This document shows positions 36,622 through 49,461 of a stretch of 64,000 nt of DNA, one piece after another. The notes beneath the pieces are model-generated. The model saw nothing but the letters and a program-made list of their open reading frames with translations, ran no database searches and was not told where the DNA came from. The position numbers and the translations under genes were made by a program. The first letter of the stretch is position 1. Every line of letters starts with the position of its first letter. Source of the DNA: Octopus sinensis (lineage: Eukaryota). The stretch is from contig NC_043008.1 in the NCBI RefSeq assembly GCF_006345805.1, positions 67,518,001 to 67,582,000 of the forward strand, given 5' to 3'.

Positions 36622-36859
36622 TATATTATACAAATTAGAGACAAAACCACTATTATGCAAATCAAACAAAGAAAGACTTAATCCAATACATAAATTAATT
36701 TATATAATTTAGAAATTTAACAATTATTAATATCCACTACGTAGTGGATATTAATAATTGTTAAATTTCTAAATTATATAAATTAATTTATGTATTGGAT
36801 TAAGTCTTTCTTTGTTTGATTTGCATAATAGTGGTTTTGTCTCTAATTTGTATAATATA
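36622..36859. repeat. Perfect spacer-less palindrome, 2 x 119 bp
   Basis: Centre CCACTAC|GTAGTGG at 36740/36741; arms are exactly complementary out to 36622/36859. A single-arm copy of the same family lies at about 25170-25255. Confidence 0.95.
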
Positions 36860-37043
36860 TATATATGTATATATTATATATCTGTTAGAGATCCCTATTT
36901 TCGCTAATGCATTTAACAGCGTTGAATAGAATTTCAAAGCTTCTTTTTCTCTTCTATCTTCCACTCAAAGAAACAAGGTATTTATATGCTTCCAGTATCA
37001 TTGTCACTATCTTCACCATTACGACTTCAGCTATTTTTCTCTA

Positions 37044-37139
<96 letters not shown>

Positions 37140-37183
37140 GCACGCACACACACACACACAACACACACACAACACACACACAC

Positions 37184-38347
37184 ATCGTTGACATCGTTTT
37201 ATTGGACTTTGCCAAAGCTTTTGACTCGGTAAACCACCGCCTACTACTTGTCAAGCTTCAAGCATATAGTTTCCATCCGGATATTGTACGATGGGTTGGT
37301 GCCTTCCTCTCAGATCGCTCCTTCCAAGTTCAAGTTAATGGTTCGCGGTCCGACGTCTCCAGTGCGAGCAGTGGCGTGCCTCAAGGTTCAGTGCTTGGGC
37401 CCTTGTTGTTCTTAGTCTTCATAAATGACTTGCCCGACGACCTCACGCAACACACCCTTCTATTTGCCGACGATATCAAACTGGTCGCTCCTCGCGGTAG
37501 TATAGAGGATCTTCGTCGATGCCTCCACCAAATTTGGAAGTGGTCTAACGATTGGGACCTGTGTCTGAACGTGTCAAAGTGCTGTCATCTGCCTGTCGGC
37601 TCTACTCCTGCAACTCAACTTGATTTCGAGCCGGGTCGTCTGCTGCTGGAGAAGACCGATCAGGTAAAGGGCCTGGGTATCTTGGTGGATTCCTCATTTT
37701 CGCCTTCGGCCCAGTGCGTCCATGCTGCCAACAAAGCGCGCGGAATTCTGTTTTTGATTCGACGGTCATTCGGAATGCTCACAGCAGCCATATTCCTGCC
37801 ACTCTATGTCACGCTGGTGAGACCCATATTGGAGTATGGGATTCAAGCCTCTTCTCCTTATCTCCTCAAAGACATACAGCACCTCGAAAGAGTCCAGAGG
37901 CTGGCTACCCGCATGGTTCATGGTCTCAAAAATTTGTCCTACGAAGAAAGGCTGAGGACGCTCGACCTTTGTTCTCTTGAAAAACGCCGCCGCCGTGGTG
38001 ATCTCATTCTCGCCCACAACATCATAAGCGGGAAGTGTAACCTCTCGAAAGAGCTGTTCTTCACTCCTGCTCCGGAGCGTCGGCTGCGGGGTCATTCTGA
38101 AAAGCTCTACCTGCGACGATTTCATCTCAATCGAAGGAGAGGAGCTTTCTCCGTCCGGGTTGCGGATCCGTGGAACAAGTTGCCAGACGAGATGGTGAAG
38201 ATGCCGACGACCGCTTTGTTCAAAGCCTCCCTGGACCACAAGTGGCCTGAACTCTTTACATGAACACCACCCTGTACTTAACTCCATGTCCCCCTACATG
38301 GCCTTGCTATTTGCTTTTGAGCCAAATTAACTAACTAACTAACTAAC
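37184..38347 (+). mobile_element. CR1-clade LINE, 5'-truncated, with uninterrupted RT/C-terminal ORF and (AACT)n tail
   Basis: LDFAKAFDSV, SGVPQGSVLGPLLFLVFINDL, LFADDIKL, RRRRGDLI, LRGHS, WNKLP; stop at 38263; tail TAACTAACTAAC; sits inside (CA)n. Confidence 0.93.
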
Positions 38348-39010
38348 ACACACGTACATCAACTTTTTGAAAATACTTTCACGATCGATAATTTCACTCT
38401 TAGCCAACAACATCGGAACAAAATAAATTGTTGATTTATACAAGGTCGAAACTCTTTAATCGTTTTCTACTCTCTTTTAGTGAGTAAACAATCTTTAACT
38501 TTTTTTTCACCTATACTCACCTTTATAAAATGGAATACCAATGCAAGTGTTAAAAACCTACCTGATCAGTCTTAGTATCCCGTTTCTCCCTTTTTCACTC
38601 ACACCTGATCTTAATCCCAGTCTCCTTTTCTCTGTCCCTAAAGCTAACCCTCCACAAACAATATCTACGCTATTATCCTCCTCATTCACACGCTCTCACA
38701 TTTAAAAAAGTTTCTCACAACTTACTTTACATTGTCTCTTGTCAACTCCCTAGAATCATCACACTCTCCTATTGTTCTTTTAGTGATGGGAGCCTTATAG
38801 CGAAAACGCTAGGTCACTAGTCCTGTGCCATACACAAACAAACATAAAAAAAACTACGCTCTATAAAGTGGTTGGCGTTAGAAAAGGTATCCAACCTTAG
38901 AAATCATACAAAAGGATAACACTGAAGCGTGGCGCAGCCCTCCGACTCCACGTGTGCTATCAAACCATCCAACTCATACTAGCACGGAAGTTGGACGTTG
39001 AATGAGGATG

Positions 39011-39089
<79 letters not shown>

Positions 39090-39096
39090 CAGAGGG

Positions 39097-39156
<60 letters not shown>

Positions 39157-39972
39157 TGAGCAATCTCAAGATTAATCAGCCGAAATTGCGAGGATGATCC
39201 GGTTCTTGACTGAAGATTGAAGGCTTCGAATGACCCGTCCGTGTTTTTTGCATCGTCTTCTAAATGTGTTGCGTTCTTGTCCCAGTTTGTATTTTTTTAC
39301 ATATACATATATATATAGCGACGCCTGTACCCTTTTGGTCTTATATGTAAGTATATATTCATATATATATATATATAAATTCGGTTTTTAAGTGACTTGC
39401 TTCGAGAGTTGCATTCGGTACGATGTGTTTAATTATTTTGGTAGGTTTGACTTTAAGAGTCCCTCCTAACGTGTGGCATTTATGTATAGTAATGACCTCT
39501 ATATAATATATATATCTATCTACACACACACAAACATATATATCATCATCATCATCATCATCATTATTATTATTATCCTCATGAAATTATCAAGATATAG
39601 ACTCATTTTTTTTTTTTTTCAAATTGTTTCAGAACAAAAATGTGATTGGAGGCGAGGTGATTGTCTAACAGACACATCCTTAAAGAAAAGGTGTGAAAGG
39701 GATTGTTCCAGGACACCCCGTAAGTGGAACACCTTCTGTGTGTCTGTTTTTCTTTGTCTTTTTTTTTATGTGATACATCTCATAAATGTGCTTTAATTAT
39801 TTATTTGCAAATTGAAATATTTTCCTAATTTTTTCAGTTAATTTAAATAGTGTCTGTTGGACTATTAATCGATCACATATCTGCCATGTACTGCTTACTT
39901 TATCTCGTTTCAGTTAACCGCTGCTTAACTACACATCATAATTTAATATGCTATTCATTATATGAATACATA

Positions 39973-40194
39973 CTCTTTACTCTTTTACTTGTTTCAGTCA
40001 TTTGACTGCGGCCATGCTGGAGCACCGCCTTTAGTCGAGCAAATTGACCCCGGGACTTATTCTTTGTAAGCCCAGTACTTATTCTATCAGTCTCTTTTGC
40101 CGAACCGCTAAGTGACGGGGACGTAAACACACCAGCATCGGTTGTCAAGCAATGCTAGGGGGACAAACACAGACACACAAACACACACACATAC

Positions 40195-40225
<31 letters not shown>

Positions 40226-40392
40226 CATATATACGACAGGCTTCTTTCAGTTTCCGTCTACCAAATCCACTCACTAGGCATTGGTCGGCCCGGGGCTATA
40301 GCAGAAGACACTTGCCCAAGATGTCACGCAGTGGGGCTGAAACCGGAACCATGTGGTTGTTTAGCAAGCTACTTACCACACAGCCACTCCTG
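39973..40392 (-). mobile_element. SINE family B, full length
   Basis: Same structure as 3763-4171. Confidence 0.88.
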
Positions 40393-40656
40393 CTGAATAC
40401 ATGAATACATGCATAACTCCTGACTCGTAATCTTAAACCATTACGTAACATGTTTTACAAACGTTAACAAAATTCCTTCACTCTTGTACTGTGACCTATT
40501 TAATCATGTGATTCTATAATATGCTCCGTAACTTTAGGTTTAATTAACAATTCACTTCCTACCAAGTTGTTCATCTTTCAAATACGCTTTAGCGATAAAC
40601 TTCTTTTTCTGTTCTACCAGTTTTCAATTTCCTCTAATCTAATTCTATATCCTAGA

Positions 40657-41068
40657 CAGGAGTGGCTGTGTGGTAAGTAGCTTGCTAACCAACCACATGG
40701 TTCCGGGTTCAGTCCCACTGCGTGGCCCCTTGGGCAAGTGTCTTCTGCTATAGCCCCGGGCCGACCAATGCCTTGTGAGTGGATTTGGTAGTCGGAAACT
40801 GAAAGAAGCCTGTCGTATATATGTATATATATATATATGTATGTGTGTGTATGTGTTTGTGTGTCTGTGTTTGTCCACCTAGCATTGCTTGACAACCGAT
40901 GCTGGTGTGTTTACGTCCCCGTCACTTAGCGGTTCGGCAAAAAGATACCGATAGAATAAGTACTGGGCTTACAAAGAATAAGTCCCGGGGTTGATTTGCT
41001 CGACTAAAGGCGGTGCTCCAGCATGGCCGCAGTCAAATGACTGAAACAAGTAAAAGAGTAAAAGAGTA
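40657..41068 (+). mobile_element. SINE family B, full length, inverted relative to 39973-40392
   Basis: Shares diagnostic variants with the preceding copy (AGTGACGGGG, CGACAGGC, GGCATTGG, TATAGCAG). Confidence 0.88.
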
Positions 41069-41840
41069 ACTACAAAATCGCTAATCGTTTTTGAAATAAC
41101 TTCCCCTAATCTATGGCTACTACTCCAGCATGGTTCCCTATATTTCGTAACCTTCATCAAAATCCTACTTTAATCTTCGTTTTTAACAAATAGCTAAATT
41201 CCCTGTATAAATAAACCCAACTTCGTTATAACAGAATTCAAGCGTATCGCAATCACTCGTTATTGAAATCTTCCTAGGTTAACGTTCGACAAAAGTTTAC
41301 TATAGTTAAATAATCTATCATCTATGTTCCCAATAAATCTATAGCCAACGCTTAGATATTGATGTCTAGTTTTGGGGAAGGACTGAAGCATATATACATA
41401 CATATGCCTGGCATCTGTATACATATCTTTGCCTTGTCTCTTCCATCTTTCATCACTTCTGAGTTTCTGCCCGCTCCTGGCGCCTTTCGATCTGAGAGCG
41501 ATCTAGTTTGACCAAAGCCTACCACCAAATTTAGGTCTCTAAATATTAAATATTGAAATTAATACCCAATTTATTCTTCGAATGATGGGTAATGCAAGAT
41601 AAATCACAATTTTTCACATTTGTTTCTTTAATTTTCAGCTGGATGTTTATTTAGAGTTGACAGATTTGGTATTGACCTGAAGTTTCAATGTCATTGCTTC
41701 GATATCGTTGACTGTAACTTCGATAACGATGGGCATTGCAATGGGACTAAATGTTTTTTTGGTTACTCTGGACCTACATGCCAAATACGTAAGTATTTCC
41801 TCGGATTTCTCAATACATATATACATACATAACATACGCG

Positions 41841-41883
<43 letters not shown>

Positions 41884-41934
41884 TTAAATAGGAGTTAGAA
41901 TTAGCTCGCGCGATGTAAACAATGTCATACACAG

Positions 41935-42185
41935 TGTAGTGTCTTGGGCAGGTGTCTTCTACTGTAGCCTCGGACCGAGAGGATTTGGTACGCGGAAATT
42001 GAAAGAAGTCCGTCGTATGTATGTATGTATGTATGTATGTATTGATGGATGGATGGATGGATGAATGTATGTATGTATGTATGGATGGATGTGTTTGTGT
42101 GTCTTTGTGTCTTTGTCCCTCACCACTGTTTGACAACTGGTGTTACTCTGTTTACGTCCCCGTAACTTAGCAGTTTGACAAAAAT
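41935..42185 (+). mobile_element. SINE family B, diverged partial copy
   Basis: TTGGGCAGGTGTCTTCTACTGTAGCC...ACGTCCCCGTAACTTAGC. Confidence 0.7.
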
Positions 42186-42272
42186 TCTTCAATGCGGTTC
42201 CTCAGCAGTCTGATGACTAGAGCATGTAAAGAGTAAAAAGGAAAAGAATATATATATATATTATAATATATA

Positions 42273-42345
<73 letters not shown>

Positions 42346-42355
42346 CATTATTATT

Positions 42356-45300
42356 GCTTTTGCACGGCTTCTAACGCTGGAGATGTACTACAGTGTCAGC
42401 GGTTCACTACCAGTGAACTAAGGTAACAACGCCACTTATTTTTCGAGCGCCTTCCGGAGTATTCGAGCGGTTCTAAGCAGTGCTGTTTTCTGCAGGTGCT
42501 CTAACCTTATTGCAGCTACTATTTTTTCACGTACTTCTTGAAATTTTTGCTCACTGTTCCCAGGGCTCCGACAATTATTGGTACTACTGCTACCTTTTTC
42601 ATCGACCACAACTTCTTAACTTCCCAAGCTAACCTGTCATATCTCTCAACTTTTCTTTCTTCCTAATCGCATACCCTGTTGTCAGCTGGGCATGCTGTAT
42701 CTATGATCCAGCATAGTTTGTTTTCTTTTTCAATTTAGACTATGTCCGGCTTCCTATTCTCTATCTCATGGTCGCACTGAATCATAGAATCCCATAGGAT
42801 TTTTGCATTTCTATTTTTGACGATGACTTCAGGTTTGTAGTCGTACCAATTTTTTGCTCTGTCAAGTTCACACTTGTTGCAGAGTGTCCAATGGACAAGC
42901 CCGGCTATATTGTCGTGGTGTCTCTTATATCCCTTCCAGGCTGGTGGCATATATTGGCTGGTAATATGCCATACGGCTTCACCGTTTTGTTCACAGATTC
43001 TGCACTTATCACTTTCTGCTGTGTTGTCTATTCTGTAGTTTATGTAGTTTGTTCTTAGTGCTTACTCTTGGGCAGCACAAATTAGAGCCCCCATTTCCGG
43101 TTTTAAATCAGTTTTAGTCATCCACAGCCATCTTTTTTCTCTGTCTGTCTTATCTTCAACATCCCTATGAAAATGAACATGCATTCTTTTCTTTATCCAC
43201 CAATTTTCAGATTCATTCGTTTTCAATTTCTCGTATAGTGCTTTATCTTCGCAATCTTTCATCTTACACAAGCCTGACCTTCCTACTTCTAATAATTGCA
43301 GTTCTGTGGCATTTTTTACATACCATGCTATGTTGTTTTCTTCTACTCTAATGCTGTGTTCGCATCCAATAAGTCCTCTTCCGCCTCTTTTTCTTGGTGC
43401 ATACAATCTGTCTGTGTCAATTTTTGGGTGGAGTGACACATATCTAGTGAGCAACTTCCTTGTCTTTCTGTCTAAGCTGTTTAGTTCGTCTACTGTCCAT
43501 GCGATTACCCATGCTCCATATCTAAGGAGTGAAACCGCTCAGGTGTTGATAGCTTCGGTCTTATTCTGTCCATTTAATTTCGACTCTAGGATCAGTCGCA
43601 GTCTGCACAAGTATTCCATCTAAAATCTTTCTCTATCAATTTATCCATTTCCAAAATCCTCAAGTACTTATAGCCCATCTCTTCTATCTGCTTCATAATC
43701 GTTATCCCATCCATACATTTGATTTTGCCTCTCTTCAAGACAAGCACACCACACTTTCCCAGGCCGAACTCTATTCTGATATCAGCACTGAAGGTATACA
43801 CGGTATAAACGAGGGAACTGACTTGGGCTTCCTCTTTACCGTATAGTTTGAGGTCATACTTTTTCCAAGCAATCGCTCAACATTCGATGCAATACCAAAT
43901 AGGTTCATACACTCCATTATCCAAGAATGTGGGATCACATCGTATACCTTACGATAGTCGATCTATGACGTGGCTAAATTACTTTTCCTCCTATTGCAGT
44001 CTCTAAGTATAGTTTTGTCTAATAGGAGTTGATCTTTGGTACCTCTGCACTTACACTTGCAACCCTTTTGCTCATGTAGCAGGACTCCATTTTTTTCCAG
44101 ATGTTCGTACATTGACTCTGCGAGTATTCCAGTCAATAACTTCCACATAAGTGGCAAACGGCCTGTAATTGTCTACCGTATTGCCTTTTTCGATCTTTTT
44201 CCCGCACTGCATTATCCTACCCAATGTCAACCGCTCTACTTGGTCAGCATTTAACGAGGTGTTGAGTTGCGCAGCTATTCGTGCATGACATTCACCAAAT
44301 CTTTTGATTCGGTAGCTTTGAACTCCATCTGGTCCTGGAGCCTTCCAGTTGCTCATTTTTTTTTCTAATTTCCGTCACTTCCTTTACTGAAATTACTAGT
44401 TCTGCCTGTTTTGGACAGGCTACTGTTTGTTTCAATCCTTGCAACCATTCAGCATCTTTCTTGTGCTCCTTGTCTTTGCTCCAGATGTCACTCCAAAACC
44501 TTTGACTTTCAATGTTATCTGGAATCAACTTTTCCTCTGTACATTCTCCATTTATTTCTTTATGGAATCTCTTCTGATCTACTCTGAATAATCTATTCTT
44601 GTGGTAACCCTTCATTCTTTGGTCGCATTTTACCATATTTGCTTTCTTTACAACGAGGCGCTATTTCAGTTCATCCACTACTAGTTTCGGGCCCTTTCTT
44701 TCAATATTATAATTCCTTTTCAGTGCCCTTTATTTTTTGTTCGGTTTTAAGCTCCCCTTTCTCTTTTCGGTCTAACACAGAGATTTCCTTCGAGAGCACG
44801 TCTAACTCTGCCTGGATTCTTCTTTTCCACCATGGATCTTTTCTTTTGTCTCTCCCATTATGTTTCTTTTTTCTTGACATCAACACCCACGTTTTCTACT
44901 ACAACAATATTTGCTGCCTTGATCAAATTATTTGTTTCTGTGATGTTGCTCTGATGTATTTCAGAATTTCATCGACATTTTTCATTTCTTGGTTCAATTT
45001 CCATCGATCAACCTTTTTAAGGTTGCAAATATTGTCGCTATCGTTCTCTTGAAGTCTTGTTGTAGAGTGCCTTTTGTTCATCTGTCATGTCTCAATTAGT
45101 TTTATTGTCTTCTTTGAGATCATCTATTTGTCTCTCATCAAGTAAACTACCACTGCTCCTTTCCTGTGCTATGGGATTACTCTTATTAGTATGAACTATA
45201 GTTTCATTGTTATCTCTGCTGCTATTGTCCATGACCCATCTTTTGATAGCTTCGATTCTACTTCAGTGAACCAACAATTTTTCCTTATTGCTCTAGCTTG

Positions 45301-45716
45301 ATTACATAGTCTCTGTTCCGTGAGTTGAAATAATCCCTTTTCTCTCCAATGATCATACATACGTTGTCGGTAACCCCTAATTTGAGCACCATTTTCACCT
45401 ACCGGGCTGTTTAGGTAGTAAAACTCCAAGACCACAGCATTAATTTGCTTGCTCCACTTACGCCGTGTGCGGTGGTCCCTTTCTGGATATCGACAGGCTG
45501 GAGCCGGACCAGAATCTCTGAGTCTACCGGGTGTAACACTGTCACCATCATTGACTTCAGTTTCATTACTAGAGTTATTCACAATATTTTGTTTTTTAAT
45601 TGTCAGTCATATGAGGTAGCGATTATCAGGTTGCGCAATTACCAGTGTTTTTATTGAGACACCATCACTATATGTATCATTAATCAGCTCATGAGGAGGA
45701 GGCTCCACCCGTTTCC

Positions 45717-45720
<4 letters not shown>
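42356..45720 (-). mobile_element. Near full-length, degenerate R4/Dong LINE flanked by (TAA)n at both ends
   Basis: N-terminal RRKWSK..N..YY..P..GYRQRMY..W...TEQRLCNQARAIRK; NWKAPGPDG; NYRP; [17 protein letters not shown]; IEFGLGKC; LHPKIDTDRLY.PRKRGGRGL; RRHDNIAG; NRKPDIV. (TTA)n at 42275-42355 and from 45721. Confidence 0.92.
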
Positions 45721-45806
<86 letters not shown>

Positions 45807-45846
45807 CAACAGCAGCAGTAGCAGCAGTAGTAGTAAAATAATAATG

Positions 45847-45926
<80 letters not shown>

Positions 45927-46445
45927 AATAATAATAATAATAATAATAATAGTAATAATAATAATAATAATAAGGAGACTGTTAGAATGGTGTAGACGCC
46001 TCTGATGATCACACACACACACACACACACATATACATAATTCAAATAAGTTATTATCTTTAGAAAATAATGATAAAGTAGCCAACAAAGATAACCAAAT
46101 ATGCAAAATATATTTTAAAAGTCACGGTGGTGCTAGAAAGAAAAGTTAAAAATCTCCAAAGCCATACATCTTTCTCTATATGTAAACACGCACGGAGAAT
46201 ATAGCAAATGTACTAAAAACACAGCTGTCCCATTTTTAAAAAACTACAAATAGGAGAGTAGATATCCCAGTATTAATATATTCGTCTTCTGTGCCAAAGA
46301 CACTTAAAGCCCATCAGCCAGGCTTACTATGCAAACTATTTCTAAATATATATTTACCATTCCGTGCACGTCTGTTCAGCTGAAGGCCCCACGAATTCCA
46401 AATGAACATTAGCGAGCAAGTATAAATTCAAAATTTAAATAAGTT

Positions 46446-46988
46446 AGTACCAGGCAGTGACTCTCATGGCTTCTGATCTTAACTGATTGGAAGTGTCATC
46501 ATATACATTGTTTTGTCTTGGTATAAAAGATGGGCTACAGCAAATATTCTACTCAATACCACATATTTGCTTGTCAGTCGCTTGACCGTAACCAGTTGAG
46601 CATGTCCCTTGGTGGCTGATAATATGTGCATCTCTGATCACGAGCAGAAGTGGGGTAGCATCATAGCCATGCATTGTGAGGAATTCTTTGGGGTTTAGAT
46701 GATTCACCTTTGGAAACAAGGGGTGTTTGGTTCATCATCCTTAAACAAACCTTATTCAGGGACCTTTTGAACAGGATGAGCTACTCGACTTGAAGATAAT
46801 TCTAACTGAGCCCCACCTGCAAGGTCATGTGCTGTTTATCTTGATATGAGATCACCATGTCGCGCACATATGGTTGTGATGCATGTGCCTGGTGTACCCT
46901 TATCAGACAGGTAGTCATGATGGGTATACTGGGCTTTGTATATTTTACCCCAGTGTCACTTTGATGACATGCACTGCTCTCTCACTCA

Positions 46989-47049
<61 letters not shown>

Positions 47050-47897
47050 TGCCCTGATGCATTACCAGGCAGTAGCTCTCATGGCTTCTGATCTTAACTG
47101 ATTGGAAGTGTTATCATGTACATTGTTTTGTCTTGGTATAAAAGATGGGCTACAGCAAATATTCTGCTCAATACCACAGATTTGCTTGTCAGTTGTTTGA
47201 CCTTAACCAGTTGAGCATGTCCCTTAGTGGCTGACGAAATGTGCATCTCTGATCACGAGCAGAAGTAGTGGGGGAGCATCATAGCCATGTGTTGAGAGGG
47301 ATTCTTTTGAATAATTCACCTCTGGAAACATGGGTGGTTCTTTCAACATCCTTAAACAACCCTTATTCAGGGACCTTTTGAGCGGGATGGGCTACTCAAC
47401 CTGAAGAAAATTCTAACTGGGCCCCACCTGCAAGGTCATGTGCTATATATCTTGATATACCTTATCAGACGGGTAGTCATGATGGGTATATTGGGCTTCG
47501 TATATTTTACTGACGATATGTGGCTGACGATATGTGCATCTCTGATCACGAGCAGAAGTAGTGGGGGAGCATCATAGCCATGTGTTGAGAGGGATTCTTT
47601 GGGGTTTGAATAATTCGCCTCTGGAAACATGGGTGGTTCTTTCAACATCCTTAAACAACCCTTATTCAGGGACCTTTTGAGCGGGATGGGCTACTCAACC
47701 AGAAGAAAATTCTAACTGGGCACCACCTGCAAGGTCATGTGCTGTATATCTTGATATGAGATCACCATGTCGCGCACATATGGTTGTGATGCATGTGCCT
47801 GGTGTACCCTTATCAGACGGGTAGTCATGATGGGTATATTGGGCTTCGTATATTTTACCCCAGTGTCCCTTTGATGGCATGCACTGCTCTCTCACTC
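46446..47897 (+). mobile_element. Three tandem copies of the (TAA)n-embedded element (46446-46987; 47049-47509 rearranged; 47520-47897 partial)
   Basis: Same sequence as 20448-21623; (AAT)n at 46988-47048 and from 47898. Confidence 0.85.
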
Positions 47898-47916
47898 AAT
47901 AATAATAATAATAATA

Positions 47917-47969
<53 letters not shown>

Positions 47970-48429
47970 AATAATAATAAAAGTAATAATAATAATAATA
48001 TAAGTGGCCAGCAAGAATTAAAGCCAATAATAGGGCAAATCCATAAATTTATATAATTAATTAATAATTATAATTGAGGGTACACGAGGTACCAGTGTTG
48101 TAAATAAGAGTCGTAAAATACTCTAATAAGCCACCATTTCACTGAAAACACAACAGGCCGAAAAAATCGAGTGACGAACAAGTAAATTAATTTACCACCG
48201 CGCAAATGAGCTTAAAGATATTCCTGCATCATATGATTTCGAACCCCATAAACCTGTATGCTTTAACTACTTCACACATGATCAACAGTTTGATTATCTG
48301 TGGCAACAGTTCACTCCACCAACTACCTGGAAGCTTTCCTCTTCCCACCCGAAGGGTAAGCGACAATCAAAGCCATTGTGCTTTCACCCCTACTAAACCA
48401 TTTTTGAAAAATACTAATGAATATTAAAC

Positions 48430-48720
48430 AGGCAGGTATAGTTGTGCAGTAAAGAAAAGTGCTTGCCTACCATATGACCTTGGGTTCGATCCCATAGACA
48501 GAAACTGAACGAAACATTTCTTGCATATTTGTGTTTGTCTTTCACCACCGCTTAACAGCCGGTGTTGGTTTACTTTCGTCTGTGGAACTTTGCAGTTCAG
48601 CAACAGAATAAGTACCAGGCCTAAAATAGGAGTATTTGACTCGATTTGTTCGGCTGAACCCTTCAGGATGTGCCCCGGCATGACCGCAGGCCAATAACTG
48701 AAACAAGTAAAAGATAGAAA
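48430..48720 (-). mobile_element. Diverged SINE related to family B
   Basis: TGGGTTCGATCCC B-box region and GAAACAAGTAAAAG remnants. Confidence 0.55.
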
Positions 48721-49264
48721 ACGCACTACTAAACAACACAATACATATTATTCGTTGCTCTACTGATTCTTCCACTCTGTTACACTACGTAATTATAATA
48801 TGGCAGCGATGAGAGAAAGACATTTTTTTGTCTTTGAATTCTTTCAATATTTCTCTATGGTCTCCACATTTTGTTATACTTTGTGATATCAGAAAGTAAA
48901 TGCTTCCTATCTCTCTCGCCCTCTCTCCCTCTCTCACCCTCTCTCTCTATCAATTCCTCTCTCCCTCTATCTTTCTCACTCTCCCTTTCTCTCTCACTCC
49001 CTCTCTCTCCAATCAGCGATGAAAAAAATCCTTTCTTCTCAATGCAGGTTTATATTACGAGTCATTTGAAACGGCTGCCAAAATTTACATAGATGTGAAT
49101 GTGCGGCACCGAAGAGCTGCGTGCCAGCCAATTCCTAAAACGATATACTTTCCACATGCATTCAGAATCAACAGGGTCACATTTGATCTTTCTTCAGTAG
49201 GTCAGTAGATTCTTTATTGTTGTTCCTGTTAATGATGTTGTTGCTTTGTTGTTGTTGTTGTTGT

Positions 49265-49304
<40 letters not shown>

Positions 49305-49461
49305 ATTGGCGACGACGACAAAGCTGACGATGACAATGACGACGACGATTATGATAATGTTCGGCTCCAGATCAGTCGCAAAACGCAATCAAACTGTAAT
49401 CATCCCGTATTGTTTAGTTTTCTAGGATTACAAAGTCCGATATATACTTTCCATATCAAAA

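Noticed and set aside
39210-39235. CTGAAGA followed by GAAG/CTTC, hammerhead-like
   Set aside because: GAAT instead of GAAA, a 1-nt loop, and no helix I or III could be formed.
45640-45720. GCCTCCTCCTC at the Dong 5' end, reminiscent of an HDV ribozyme L3 loop
   Set aside because: I could not build P1, P2 and P3 pairings by eye; a covariance-model search would be needed.
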